A stretch of DNA of 60,860 bases from a virus (Duplodnaviria > Caudoviricetes), in the IMG/VR virus record IMGVR_UViG_3300042503_001940, positions 1 to 60,860 of that record; one strand, 5' to 3'. How positions within the stretch are numbered: position 1 is the first letter of the stretch; each line of letters begins with the position of its first letter. The notes beneath the pieces were generated by a model. That model did no database searches and was not told the origin of the DNA. It saw only the letters and a list, made by a program, of their open reading frames with translations. Position numbers and translations under genes: made by a program. Below are positions 52,812 through 60,621 of this stretch, in pieces.

Positions 52812-53788
52812 CTTGCTTTCTCCATGTCTGCTTTAAGCATGATCTCAACAACCTCTTCGAACTTAACCTTTGGCTCCCAGCCAAGGATGTTCTTTGCCCG
52901 AGTGGCATCGCCACAGAGCTCATCAACCTCGGCCGGTCTAAAATATCGCTGGTCGACCTCAACATAATCTTTCCAGTTGAGACCGACCAATGAGAAAGCC
53001 CTTTCGCACAGTTCCTGAACTGTATGCATCTCCCCCGTGGCGACTACGTAGTCTCCGGGCTTGTCCTGCTGCAGCATGAGCCACATAGCCTCGACGTATT
53101 CAGGAGCGTACCCCCAGTCCCTTTTTGCTTCCAGGTTTCCCATAACAAGTTTGCTTGCGCGTCGTGCCGCAATATCGGCAACCCCGCGGGTAACTTTGTG
53201 GGTAACAAAGGTGTTGCCACGCCTTGGTGATTCATGGTTAAAAAGAATGCCGTTGCTTGCATGAACTAGGTATGCGTTGCGGTAAAGCCTTGTCATGTCG
53301 TGAGCAAACACTTTTGATATGGCGTACGGGCTTTGTGGGTTGAACGGAGTTGACTCCCGCTGAGGGGTTTCAAGCACCTTGCCGTACATTTCGCTGGAGC
53401 TTGCTTGGTAGTAGCGGACATCCCAGTCTGCCCACCTGACTGATTCAAGTAGGCGCAAGGTCCCAATGGCATCTGTCTGTGCGGTGAATTCCGGGATGTC
53501 AAAGCTCACCTTTACGTGGCTTTGGGCGGCAAGGTTGTAAACCTCGTTTGGCTTGATCCTTTGCATCAGGGCGTTGATGGAGCTGCCGTCAAGCATGTCT
53601 CCGTAGTGCAGGGCAAACGGCACAGAGCCCTCTTTTGCCTGCTCAATGAGGTGGTCTATTCGCTGCGTGTTGAAGTTGCTGGCACGTCGAATAACACCAT
53701 GGACTTCATAGCCTTTGCTGAGCAACAACTCAGAAAGGTACGATCCGTCCTGGCCAGTGACCCCAAAGATCAATGCTTTCCTTGCCAC
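52808..53788 (-). CDS. gmd: GDP-mannose 4,6-dehydratase
   Basis: GVTGQDGSYL, NLAAQSHV, QASSSE, SPYAISK, FNHESPRRG, RDWG; likely GTG start at 53788. Confidence 0.97.
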   Translation of the reverse strand: MARKALIFGVTGQDGSYLSELLLSKGYEVHGVIRRASNFNTQRIDHLIEQAKEGSVPFALHYGDMLDGSSINALMQRIKPNEVYNLAAQSHVKVSFDIPEFTAQTDAIGTLRLLESVRWADWDVRYYQASSSEMYGKVLETPQRESTPFNPQSPYAISKVFAHDMTRLYRNAYLVHASNGILFNHESPRRGNTFVTHKVTRGVADIAARRASKLVMGNLEAKRDWGYAPEYVEAMWLMLQQDKPGDYVVATGEMHTVQELCERAFSLVGLNWKDYVEVDQRYFRPAEVDELCGDATRAKNILGWEPKVKFEEVVEIMLKADMEKAR

Positions 53789-53847
53789 GCCGGGAGTATA
53801 CACACATAAAAGTAGCCCGTAACTTGCGTGTCGTGTAGTATCTTTGT

Positions 53848-54000
53848 GTGGTAGAGGACAAACAGATTCCCCAGGAGCCAGAAGTAGACCCAGAAGAAGT
53901 TATAATGACTTGTCTGAATTGTGGAAGGCGAATGAGCCACCGAAGCTGTAAATTGATTTGCGAATGCGGCTACTATGCCTCCTGCTCAGACTACTACTAG
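53848..54000 (+). CDS. 50-aa zinc-finger protein (not in ORF track)
   Basis: MVEDKQ...CLNCG...CKLICECGYYASCSDYY; its stop overlaps the next RBS. Confidence 0.7.
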   Translation: MVEDKQIPQEPEVDPEEVIMTCLNCGRRMSHRSCKLICECGYYASCSDYY

Positions 54001-54008
54001 GAGTAATA

Positions 54009-54563
54009 ATGACTAGCAAAGTGACTGTCATTACGGCAACCATCCCCGGCAGGGAGGAGTTGCTGGAGCGCGCCCGGAAATCTGTTGGAGAGCAGACGGT
54101 GCAGCCGCATGCCCATTTGATGAAGCTTGACGTTGACAGAGACGGCGGCGCTGTTACAAAAAATAGGCTCTCTGATTTTGTTGATACAGAGTGGTTTATG
54201 GTGCTGGACGATGACGACACGCTGTTGCCTAACCACATTGAAACACTGCTAAGGCATTCAGATAACGCCGACGTTGTGTATTCGTACGCAGAGGGCAACG
54301 ACAGATACAACCGCCCGTACAGCATGGAAGAGCTCATGCGCGACTCTATTGTTTCGCACACCGCCTTAATCAGGAGTAGCCTGTTTAGAAAACTTGGCGG
54401 CTTCCCCGTTGAGAGCGGTTACGACTGGGAACTCTGGAAGGCTGCTGCTGCTGGCGGGGCTCGGTTTGTCTGCGTCCCAGAAAAGACATGGCACTACGAC
54501 CTCGACCTTGCGCGCCCCCACGAAAGCCTGGGGGGTCTGCCATGGGCGAGCGAGAACGCCTAG
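54009..54563 (+). CDS. GT2 glycosyltransferase
   Basis: AGGAG RBS; VTVIT, SV..QT, LDDDD, LGGF....DWELW. Confidence 0.85.
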   Translation: MTSKVTVITATIPGREELLERARKSVGEQTVQPHAHLMKLDVDRDGGAVTKNRLSDFVDTEWFMVLDDDDTLLPNHIETLLRHSDNADVVYSYAEGNDRYNRPYSMEELMRDSIVSHTALIRSSLFRKLGGFPVESGYDWELWKAAAAGGARFVCVPEKTWHYDLDLARPHESLGGLPWASENA

Positions 54564-55165
54564 TCATTCTTTCTGCTGGTAAGGCGACGCGCCTTGACGG
54601 TAGAAACAAGTTGCTTGTTGAGGCTGGCGGGATGTCGGTGCTCGATTGGCACAGGCGCTCTGCTGGCGAACTCATTACCGACATTGTTGTTCGCTCACCT
54701 GACTGGGCCGAAGTAAACAAGGCTGGGGAGCACTGGGTTTCCGGCGTCCTTATCCACGACGGCGTTGATGGCCCCGCAGGCGCGCTGCGCCACTACGTCT
54801 CTCACCATTGGCACAACGGTCCGCTTACAGTCATTTTTGCTGACACACTTCTCCCATCAATCCCCACTCACGTGGGCTCCTGGGTAGGCGTTGCGCCAAA
54901 CCCTGGCCGAGTCTGGGATTACCAGCACGACTGGACATGGGTCCGCGGCGTACCCGGGGGAAACGTTTGCATTGGGCTGTATCGCTTTGAGAACACGGCT
55001 GCGCTTCGACAAGTCCTTGCCGACATTCCAAACTATGGGCAAGAGACCCCGATGGTTGACGTGCTCAACGAGTACGAAAAGATTTACCATATGCGCTCAG
55101 TTAAGATTGATGGCTGGCAAGATGCTGGAGACTTTTCGGCAATAGAGAAAGTAAAGGGGCTATAA
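54542..55165 (+). CDS. Sugar-phosphate nucleotidyltransferase-like protein
   Basis: VILSAGKATRL...K.L, FADT, W.DAG. Confidence 0.78.
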   Translation: MGERERLVILSAGKATRLDGRNKLLVEAGGMSVLDWHRRSAGELITDIVVRSPDWAEVNKAGEHWVSGVLIHDGVDGPAGALRHYVSHHWHNGPLTVIFADTLLPSIPTHVGSWVGVAPNPGRVWDYQHDWTWVRGVPGGNVCIGLYRFENTAALRQVLADIPNYGQETPMVDVLNEYEKIYHMRSVKIDGWQDAGDFSAIEKVKGL

Positions 55166-55731
55166 TGTCTTACATTTTGCGCAAGCTTTCAGAAGAGCTG
55201 GTTGTAGTCCTGCTGATTGGCCTTGTCTCGACTACCACCGCCTGGACTGCAATCCAAGCATCCTTTCATAACAACGCATCGTCTGCCGCCTATGGCGACT
55301 ATCAGTTGATTGTTGCGGATGCGAATAATCTGTGGATCACGGCAGAGGTCAAGTACCGGGCCGACCTACTGACGTGGGACACCGGCCTTGGTGGCTCATA
55401 TGAGTTCAGCGTGTACGCGGTGCCGTGCCAGACCAAAATCTTCCCCGCGACCCAACTGCCAGACTGCGCGGAGTATATGGACGCCGTGTATGGCCCATAT
55501 AACCAGATGTACGACAGCGGAGACGAGCCGCTTGCGGTGTCTGAGACTGAGGGTAACTACAGCAACCGACTGCAGGTACTTACGGGCATTTTTGCCGTCG
55601 CCCTTTTTGCCCTAGGCGTGACCTCGCCCATGAAGAGCAGGAAGAACGCCTCTTACCTTGTCGCGTTTGCCGCAGCCCTTTGGGTGGTTGGCATTGGCCT
55701 GATGGTCACAATCCCCGTCATTTTGCCGTAA
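55165..55731 (+). CDS. Membrane protein (3 TM)
   Basis: One N-terminal and two C-terminal hydrophobic helices; coupled to the upstream gene. Confidence 0.65.
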   Translation: MSYILRKLSEELVVVLLIGLVSTTTAWTAIQASFHNNASSAAYGDYQLIVADANNLWITAEVKYRADLLTWDTGLGGSYEFSVYAVPCQTKIFPATQLPDCAEYMDAVYGPYNQMYDSGDEPLAVSETEGNYSNRLQVLTGIFAVALFALGVTSPMKSRKNASYLVAFAAALWVVGIGLMVTIPVILP

Positions 55732-55740
55732 GGAGAACAT

Positions 55741-56487
55741 ATGTCATACGCGCTTGCTAACATTCCGCCGGTCTCCTGCTACGTTCGCAGGGAGTATCTG
55801 CGTGACTTTCAGGATGGCTACGGTGAATTCACCCCAGCATATTGGGTCACGGTCAAAGCCATTCGAGCCCGCGCCCTGTACATTGAGGCATTCCTTCCTG
55901 AGTACGGCGCCCTGTACGACAAGCTGCCAATCAGCGCGTTTGTTTGGAAGCCAGAAACCCCAAAGCCAGACCTTAAGCTTGGCGACCTACAGCTTTGGGA
56001 TGCCATCTCGCCGCAGTTAGCCGTGGTTGAGAAGGCAGTATTGAAAAACATGCGCTGCAAATTCCGAACGCCCGCAGGGGTGTGGAGCGAAGGGCACTAC
56101 TTGTTTACCGTTGACATGGTGCACAGCGACCCCAATGAGATTGACGCAAACTGGGCACGCGTTCCGTCTGAGCATAAATCCTATAACTTTATGCGCTTAG
56201 ACAACGGGCAATTTGCCGCCCAGCCAAACAACAGGGTGCTGTGGTTGGACGAAGCACTTGTCTACAAGGAAACCAAGATGCCGGACTTCAAGGTTTCTAC
56301 AAGGGAGTTCTCGGCGGAGGGGGCCCGGTGGAGACTTGGTGATAGCGATGCCTGGGGCTACGACGACCAAGACAAGAAGGCTGAAATCAAATTTGTTCAG
56401 CCAATTGACCAAGACCCGATTAAGGCCATGGCAAAAACGCTTAAAGTAATTGAGAAGAATATCCGCACGGGTTCCGTTTCGGATTAG
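55741..56487 (+). CDS. Conserved phage hypothetical protein
   Basis: AGGAG RBS; YVRREYL, KLPISAF, LQLWD, YLFTVD, EHK, NGQFAAQPNNR. Confidence 0.7.
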   Translation: MSYALANIPPVSCYVRREYLRDFQDGYGEFTPAYWVTVKAIRARALYIEAFLPEYGALYDKLPISAFVWKPETPKPDLKLGDLQLWDAISPQLAVVEKAVLKNMRCKFRTPAGVWSEGHYLFTVDMVHSDPNEIDANWARVPSEHKSYNFMRLDNGQFAAQPNNRVLWLDEALVYKETKMPDFKVSTREFSAEGARWRLGDSDAWGYDDQDKKAEIKFVQPIDQDPIKAMAKTLKVIEKNIRTGSVSD

Positions 56488-56488
56488 C

Positions 56489-56524
56489 GCCGCTGGGTAG
56501 GAAAGGAATAACCACCCCAGCGGC
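56489..56524. terminator. Stem-loop between convergent genes
   Basis: GCCGCTGGG...CCCAGCGGC 9-bp stem; no clear U-tract. Confidence 0.45.
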
Positions 56525-56553
56525 AATTACGACTATAACAGAACAGATGTTCG

Positions 56554-56952
56554 TTAGTAACTTGCTGTTGTGCTGTGGTGTTTGTTGGCGTACTCAACAG
56601 CGTCCCGTTCGTACTTACGCACGGGGGTTTCGGCCTCAATAAAGCCACGGTAGAACCCGCTCAACAGTTTCTGGAACTTCGCGGGCTTGTGATAGCCGCC
56701 AAGCATCATGCGAACCCCACCAGCAAAGTTTATGACTCTGACAAGGGCAATCCCGCCATAGTCCGACATCAAATGAAAGAACCCTGGCGTTGCGGTGCCG
56801 TCGTTAAAGTTTTTATGGCCCGACGGGAAGCCTGCCGCCTGGTTAATTAGGTTGACAGTTGCCTGCAACGTGCTCATGGTTAGCGAGTGGTCGCAGCAGT
56901 TACCCTCCGAGCACCCAACGCACCCACACTCCTGGCAATCTTCAGGCTCCAT
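56554..56952 (-). CDS. Hypothetical protein with Cys-rich N-terminus
   Basis: GGAGG RBS; CQECGCVGC...CC. Confidence 0.6.
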   Translation of the reverse strand: MEPEDCQECGCVGCSEGNCCDHSLTMSTLQATVNLINQAAGFPSGHKNFNDGTATPGFFHLMSDYGGIALVRVINFAGGVRMMLGGYHKPAKFQKLLSGFYRGFIEAETPVRKYERDAVEYANKHHSTTASY

Positions 56953-57269
56953 TATGCCCTCCCCTTTTCATCCTGCTGGATGTGGCTAAGCTTTATATCG
57001 GTCAACAGGTTAATAAGGGCTTGATACAAGGTGTTGCCCTTACCGTACCCAACGTTAAGGAGCGTTTTCTCTTCAACGCCCGGGTACACCTTGCTCTCTT
57101 CCATGCGTTCAACAGCCGCAGAGGCGCTCCAGCGCCCCTCCTTGCTCTGCTCAATCAGCCACAGCCGCTCGCCGTCGCGCAGTTCTCTTTCCACGCGGGC
57201 GTATGCGTCAGTGATGCATTCTGGGTCGCCACACGTGTGGCGGAAACCGTGCATACTTGTGCTTGCCAT
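56952..57269 (-). CDS. Hypothetical protein
   Basis: AAGGG RBS and its own promoter. Confidence 0.6.
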   Translation of the reverse strand: MASTSMHGFRHTCGDPECITDAYARVERELRDGERLWLIEQSKEGRWSASAAVERMEESKVYPGVEEKTLLNVGYGKGNTLYQALINLLTDIKLSHIQQDEKGRA

Positions 57270-57314
57270 GTAGCATTCCCTTCTTATAGCCGACTGGTCG
57301 TCGGGTTCTTTTGG

Positions 57315-57343
57315 ATGATACGACCGTTATCTTATCGTGTCAA
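57315..57343 (-). promoter_or_regulatory. Sigma70-type promoter
   Basis: TTGACA-17 nt-TATCAT. Confidence 0.75.
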
Positions 57344-57350
57344 GCGCTAT

Positions 57351-57683
57351 TTACTCGTTGGTGATCAGTTTTGCCGCGCCGATAATGACGCCAATTACAG
57401 AAATAATTATCCCGGCCTGCGTTGCCCACCAAACAAGTGCCCAGTTGGGTGAGGCAATTGCGGCGTAATGACCGTCCTGCTCTACTTCTGCTGACTGAAG
57501 GTATCGCTTTACAACCTCTTTGCTGTACTGCCGTAAAAAAATAATCATGCCTGCGCTCATGACCAACAGAATTACTCCCGTACCGCCGTGGTTATAGGTG
57601 GGCATAAGGTGGCAATACTCCTGAATTACCTCAGCGCAACGTTTCTCCGTCAGCACAAAATACCCCCCAGATTTTTTACACAA
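57351..57683 (-). CDS. Small membrane protein (start uncertain)
   Basis: Two hydrophobic segments. Confidence 0.4.
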   Translation of the reverse strand: MCKKSGGYFVLTEKRCAEVIQEYCHLMPTYNHGGTGVILLVMSAGMIIFLRQYSKEVVKRYLQSAEVEQDGHYAAIASPNWALVWWATQAGIIISVIGVIIGAAKLITNE

Positions 57684-57723
57684 GGTTCGCCAAAACCAGT
57701 ATGATACAAAACGATTATACTCA

Positions 57724-57945
57724 CTATTTGAGGACTTTTAGCGCACGGGGCGCCTTGGAGTAGCGGGACAGGCGCTTTTCCGCCACCAGGGCAGCGATTG
57801 CGCGTTGAATGGTACTTCGACCGCAGTCCAGCGTGTCCGTGAGCTCTGTGACCGTCGGGGCCTGGTTCCAGCGCTCAATGTGCGCGCGAATCTCGGCGTA
57901 CACCTCGTCGGGGCGTGGCGCACCATCTACACGTCGCGCCTTCAC
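57724..57945 (-). CDS. LexA-like winged-helix DNA-binding protein (no peptidase domain)
   Basis: IRAHIE....APTVTEL......STIQRAI..L......PRAL. Confidence 0.78.
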   Translation of the reverse strand: MKARRVDGAPRPDEVYAEIRAHIERWNQAPTVTELTDTLDCGRSTIQRAIAALVAEKRLSRYSKAPRALKVLK

Positions 57946-58130
57946 GCCTGTGCCTCCAGTTGCTTCTGCTCATGACGAAGGTATGCCTGCTCGCTCTGGT
58001 CAAGGCACTCACGGCACAACGGCTTAGCACCGTACTGGTCAACCCATACGGCCTTTGCCTCATTGAAGCACTTGGCGCACTTAATCTGTGTCTGGGATTG
58101 TCCGTCTCGCTCTAAAATTATTGGCTTCAT
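57942..58130 (-). CDS. Small zinc-finger protein
   Basis: AGGAG RBS; CAKC...LCREC. Confidence 0.65.
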   Translation of the reverse strand: MKPIILERDGQSQTQIKCAKCFNEAKAVWVDQYGAKPLCRECLDQSEQAYLRHEQKQLEAQA

Positions 58131-58426
58131 TAGGCCACGCTCCTTTCGTACTCTTTATGTCGGGTAATTCGCGCATCGCAGCACTTGCGGCAGAGCCAAT
58201 ATTCAAACCGTGCTGGTTCACGGTAGGTGAATTTCACAACTGCTCGGTCTCGGCTATCCCACGGGCAGTCATTGCAGGGGACGCCTTTTTCCAGCTGCTT
58301 GGGCCAGCTTTGGAACCACTCAACCTTCTGCATTATCAGCCTACAAATCTTCGCAGGACCCCGTGCACCAGTCGCTTCCGCAACCGGGGCAAAGACCCTG
58401 CTCTCGTGCGGATTGCTGCAGTTCAA
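58130..58426 (-). CDS. Cys-rich hypothetical protein (start uncertain)
   Basis: CNDC...LCRKC. Confidence 0.5.
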   Translation of the reverse strand: MNCSNPHESRVFAPVAEATGARGPAKICRLIMQKVEWFQSWPKQLEKGVPCNDCPWDSRDRAVVKFTYREPARFEYWLCRKCCDARITRHKEYERSVA

Positions 58427-58553
58427 ACACGTCGACTTTCACCGCGTCCAAGAACCCATTGCAGCAACTGCATGCCGAGTAGCGCGTAGCGCCACCGCTA
58501 TCGTCGCAATCAACGTGAATGTGGCCCTCAATGTGACCTATATGACTAGCCAT
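58341..58553 (-). CDS. Cys/His-rich small protein
   Basis: AAAGGA RBS before ATG 58553; CSCC, CPGC...C...C. Confidence 0.55.
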   Translation of the reverse strand: MASHIGHIEGHIHVDCDDSGGATRYSACSCCNGFLDAVKVDVFELQQSAREQGLCPGCGSDWCTGSCEDL

Positions 58554-58671
58554 GTTGTTCCTTTCTACTAAATACCCCGCTGGGTTATGGCGAACCGCTT
58601 CCTTCGAGCAGAGAGGTCCCACATGGTCTTTCTCTTTTCCCCAGAAATTGTTCCCCAGCGGGGATAGTCGT

Positions 58672-58701
58672 ATGGTACGACGGGATGGTACGGGTTGTCA
58701 A
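58672..58701 (-). promoter_or_regulatory. Sigma70-type promoter
   Basis: TTGACA-18 nt-TACCAT directly after the tRNA CCA end. Confidence 0.65.
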
Positions 58702-58702
58702 G

Positions 58703-58778
58703 TGGTGACCCCGGCAGGATTCGAACCTGCGACCAACTGCTTAGAAGGCAGCTGCTCTATCCCCTGAGCTACGGGGCC
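58703..58778 (-). tRNA. tRNA-Arg, anticodon UCU
   Basis: Acceptor GGCCCCG/CGGGGTC-ACCA; anticodon arm GCTGC-CTTCTAA-GCAGT; T arm GCAGG-TTCGAAT-CCTGC. Confidence 0.95.
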
Positions 58779-58792
58779 GCGGAACCTAATCT

Positions 58793-59026
58793 TTAGCGGG
58801 TAGGAAGCGTTTTTTGCTTTTCGCGGGTTGCTGCACTCTGGGCTAACTTCTTCGCCCTCAGCGCGGGGTCATTCTGCTCGCGAATGGTACGCTCCTGGCG
58901 CTGCTCAAACTTGCAGGCACGGCAGATATGGTCCCCCTCTGCCTTGTAGAATTCATGATCGTGGGGCCAAGCTTCCTTGCATCTTTTACACGTTCTCTCC
59001 ACGGGATTCTCGTCGTAAAAGCCCAA
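58793..59026 (-). CDS. Small zinc-finger protein
   Basis: AGGAGG RBS; CKRC...EFY...CRAC. Confidence 0.7.
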   Translation of the reverse strand: MGFYDENPVERTCKRCKEAWPHDHEFYKAEGDHICRACKFEQRQERTIREQNDPALRAKKLAQSAATREKQKTLPTR

Positions 59027-59038
59027 GGTGTCCTCCTG

Positions 59039-59137
59039 CTATGCGGTGGTCCAAAACGCAAATAACGCCAAGATGATCCCCACCAGGACGGTTATCCCGC
59101 CGATGAGTTCCAGCAAGTGTTGCTCCTTTTCGTCCAT
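59039..59137 (-). CDS. 32-aa single-TM peptide
   Basis: GGAGG RBS before MDEKEQHLLELIGGITVLVGIILALFAFW. Confidence 0.55.
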   Translation of the reverse strand: MDEKEQHLLELIGGITVLVGIILALFAFWTTA

Positions 59138-59302
59138 GGTTGTCCTCCGCAGTCTAGGGGATGTTGGGTTCTTTCGCTTGCGTGCCAGTATCCATGCTGT
59201 GATTAAGGATAAACCAGCCAAGGAGCCTCGGGCTCGGCCCGAAAACGCCGAAGGCGGTTGAGCCGTGAGGCGAGGGTCCTGGTGCTGTGAAGCAGGCTCC
59301 AC

Positions 59303-59395
59303 TTACTCTTCGTCCTCTGGCTCACACCACCCACAGTAGTTATCATCGCCTACAGAGCCGTTAAACTCATACCCGCAGACGATACACGCGCTCAT
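59303..59395 (-). CDS. 30-aa CxxC-CxxC peptide (not in ORF track)
   Basis: MSACIVCGYEF...YCGWCEPEDEE; ATGA overlap with the upstream stop. Confidence 0.5.
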   Translation of the reverse strand: MSACIVCGYEFNGSVGDDNYCGWCEPEDEE

Positions 59396-60039
59396 GGCAG
59401 ATAACGTACTTCAATCTTCCCGCCAGGCTTCCCCTTCCGACCAAGTGCCTCCCATACCTGTGGAGAGAGGTCAATCAGCGACCATGCAGACGTCGGTCCA
59501 TTCGGATGACGCTGTCGGCAATCGCAGTAGTCGGCAATCCAGACCTCTACGGAGATGCCTGTCTGCAGCGAGGTAACGAGGACCTTGTGCTGGGGGACGC
59601 CATGCCACCCTGGCATCTGGTCGCCAATGCGCTTACGGAGTAGGGGCCCAAGTGCTGCGTACATGTCGTTCAGCGTGGTTGACCATGGGCGAACCAACTT
59701 TAGCCAGCCACCCATATCGCGCTGATAACAGTTGTATTCGGGATGCTTTGCACAGAGTGATGGGGTCAAACGGTTGCCTGCTGGGTCTTCTTGTACCCAG
59801 GTCTTTGGGCTGTCGTACCACGAGCCTGCAAAGTCGAAGGCGTCATACGTGGTGCCGAATCCGGTCAGGACTGGGGCGTTTGCCCAGATGCTGACTTCTT
59901 CCGTTGGTGTTGGTGCTGGTGTTTCCAGATACCAACTGTCGCGTTGGTCGGGCGTCGTGCCAAGCGAAATGACTGGCGACGGTACCGACGTGTAGATAAG
60001 AACTGCCGTCCATACGGCGGTGAGAATCTTGGTGACCAT
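59392..60039 (-). CDS. Exported RlpA-like double-psi beta-barrel protein
   Basis: AGGAGG RBS before ATG 60039; signal-like N-terminus; V.V.IAD.C.C...LIDLS...W.AL. Confidence 0.65.
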   Translation of the reverse strand: MVTKILTAVWTAVLIYTSVPSPVISLGTTPDQRDSWYLETPAPTPTEEVSIWANAPVLTGFGTTYDAFDFAGSWYDSPKTWVQEDPAGNRLTPSLCAKHPEYNCYQRDMGGWLKLVRPWSTTLNDMYAALGPLLRKRIGDQMPGWHGVPQHKVLVTSLQTGISVEVWIADYCDCRQRHPNGPTSAWSLIDLSPQVWEALGRKGKPGGKIEVRYLP

Positions 60040-60062
60040 TGCTGCCACCTCCTTCTGCAAGC

Positions 60063-60093
60063 ATGGTACCACGGGCTTGACTGGCGTTGTCAA
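60063..60093 (-). promoter_or_regulatory. Leftward promoter
   Basis: TTGACA-19 nt-TACCAT with TG extension. Confidence 0.55.
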
Positions 60094-60274
60094 ATGGTAT
60101 TTTTCTAAACGACCTACAGGGAGTGGTGGTTATTTGTGGTGGGTAGTGGGGTGGAAAGGGGAAGGAACAGGGTTACGGGGGAAATGTGATATTCGGGTGG
60201 AAAGTTTGGCGAACCGTTTACATCGGTCGCGACTGTCCAGGGGTCTTACCTCTCACCTCAATACCCCATTCCAC

Positions 60275-60456
60275 GTTATATTCGGGTTATTTCACGCTGC
60301 AACTATCTGCCCTCGCATGCATAAAACCCCAGTTATGCACCAAGTTATGCATAAAACCCAGTTATTCCAGTTATTTGCCCCCTTTTATGCAAGTTATGGC
60401 CCCAGTTATGCCGGCAGTTAGTTATTTTGTGTAGTTATTGGAGTTATTTGAGTTAT
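60275..60456 (+). repeat. Array of AGTTAT direct repeats
   Basis: Ten exact AGTTAT copies at 60331-60456 plus GTTAT variants upstream. Confidence 0.9.
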
Positions 60457-60469
60457 TTCGTGCACATAT

Positions 60470-60499
60470 TTGACAAACTGATACAAATTTGGTAGAATG
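60470..60499 (+). promoter_or_regulatory. Strong sigma70-type promoter
   Basis: TTGACA-17 nt-TAGAAT with TG extension. Confidence 0.85.
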
Positions 60500-60548
60500 A
60501 GGGAGTAGGCCCTGTTCTCAGCCCTATAGGGGTCTGGCAGGGGGGTAC

Positions 60549-60578
60549 TTGACAAGATACGACTGGGCAGAGTAAGAT
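60549..60578 (+). promoter_or_regulatory. Second tandem sigma70-type promoter
   Basis: TTGACA-18 nt-TAAGAT. Confidence 0.7.
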
Positions 60579-60621
60579 AGTGAAGCCTCAGTTGAGGTTG
60601 TTAGAGAGTAGGAGGATGGAG

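Noticed and set aside
51876-53788. Host O-antigen or capsule locus
   Set aside because: No wzx/wzy/ABC export genes; embedded among phage genes.
49756-58778. tRNAs as prophage attachment sites or host-chromosome boundary
   Set aside because: No integrase or duplicated tRNA 3' end seen; phage-type genes continue on both sides.
59138-59302. N-terminal extension of ORF 59039..59302
   Set aside because: A better RBS precedes ATG 59137 and the extension coincides with a stem-loop region.
60275-60456. Possible CRISPR array
   Set aside because: Repeats are 6 bp with 3-17 bp gaps, far from CRISPR repeat/spacer sizes; no cas genes.
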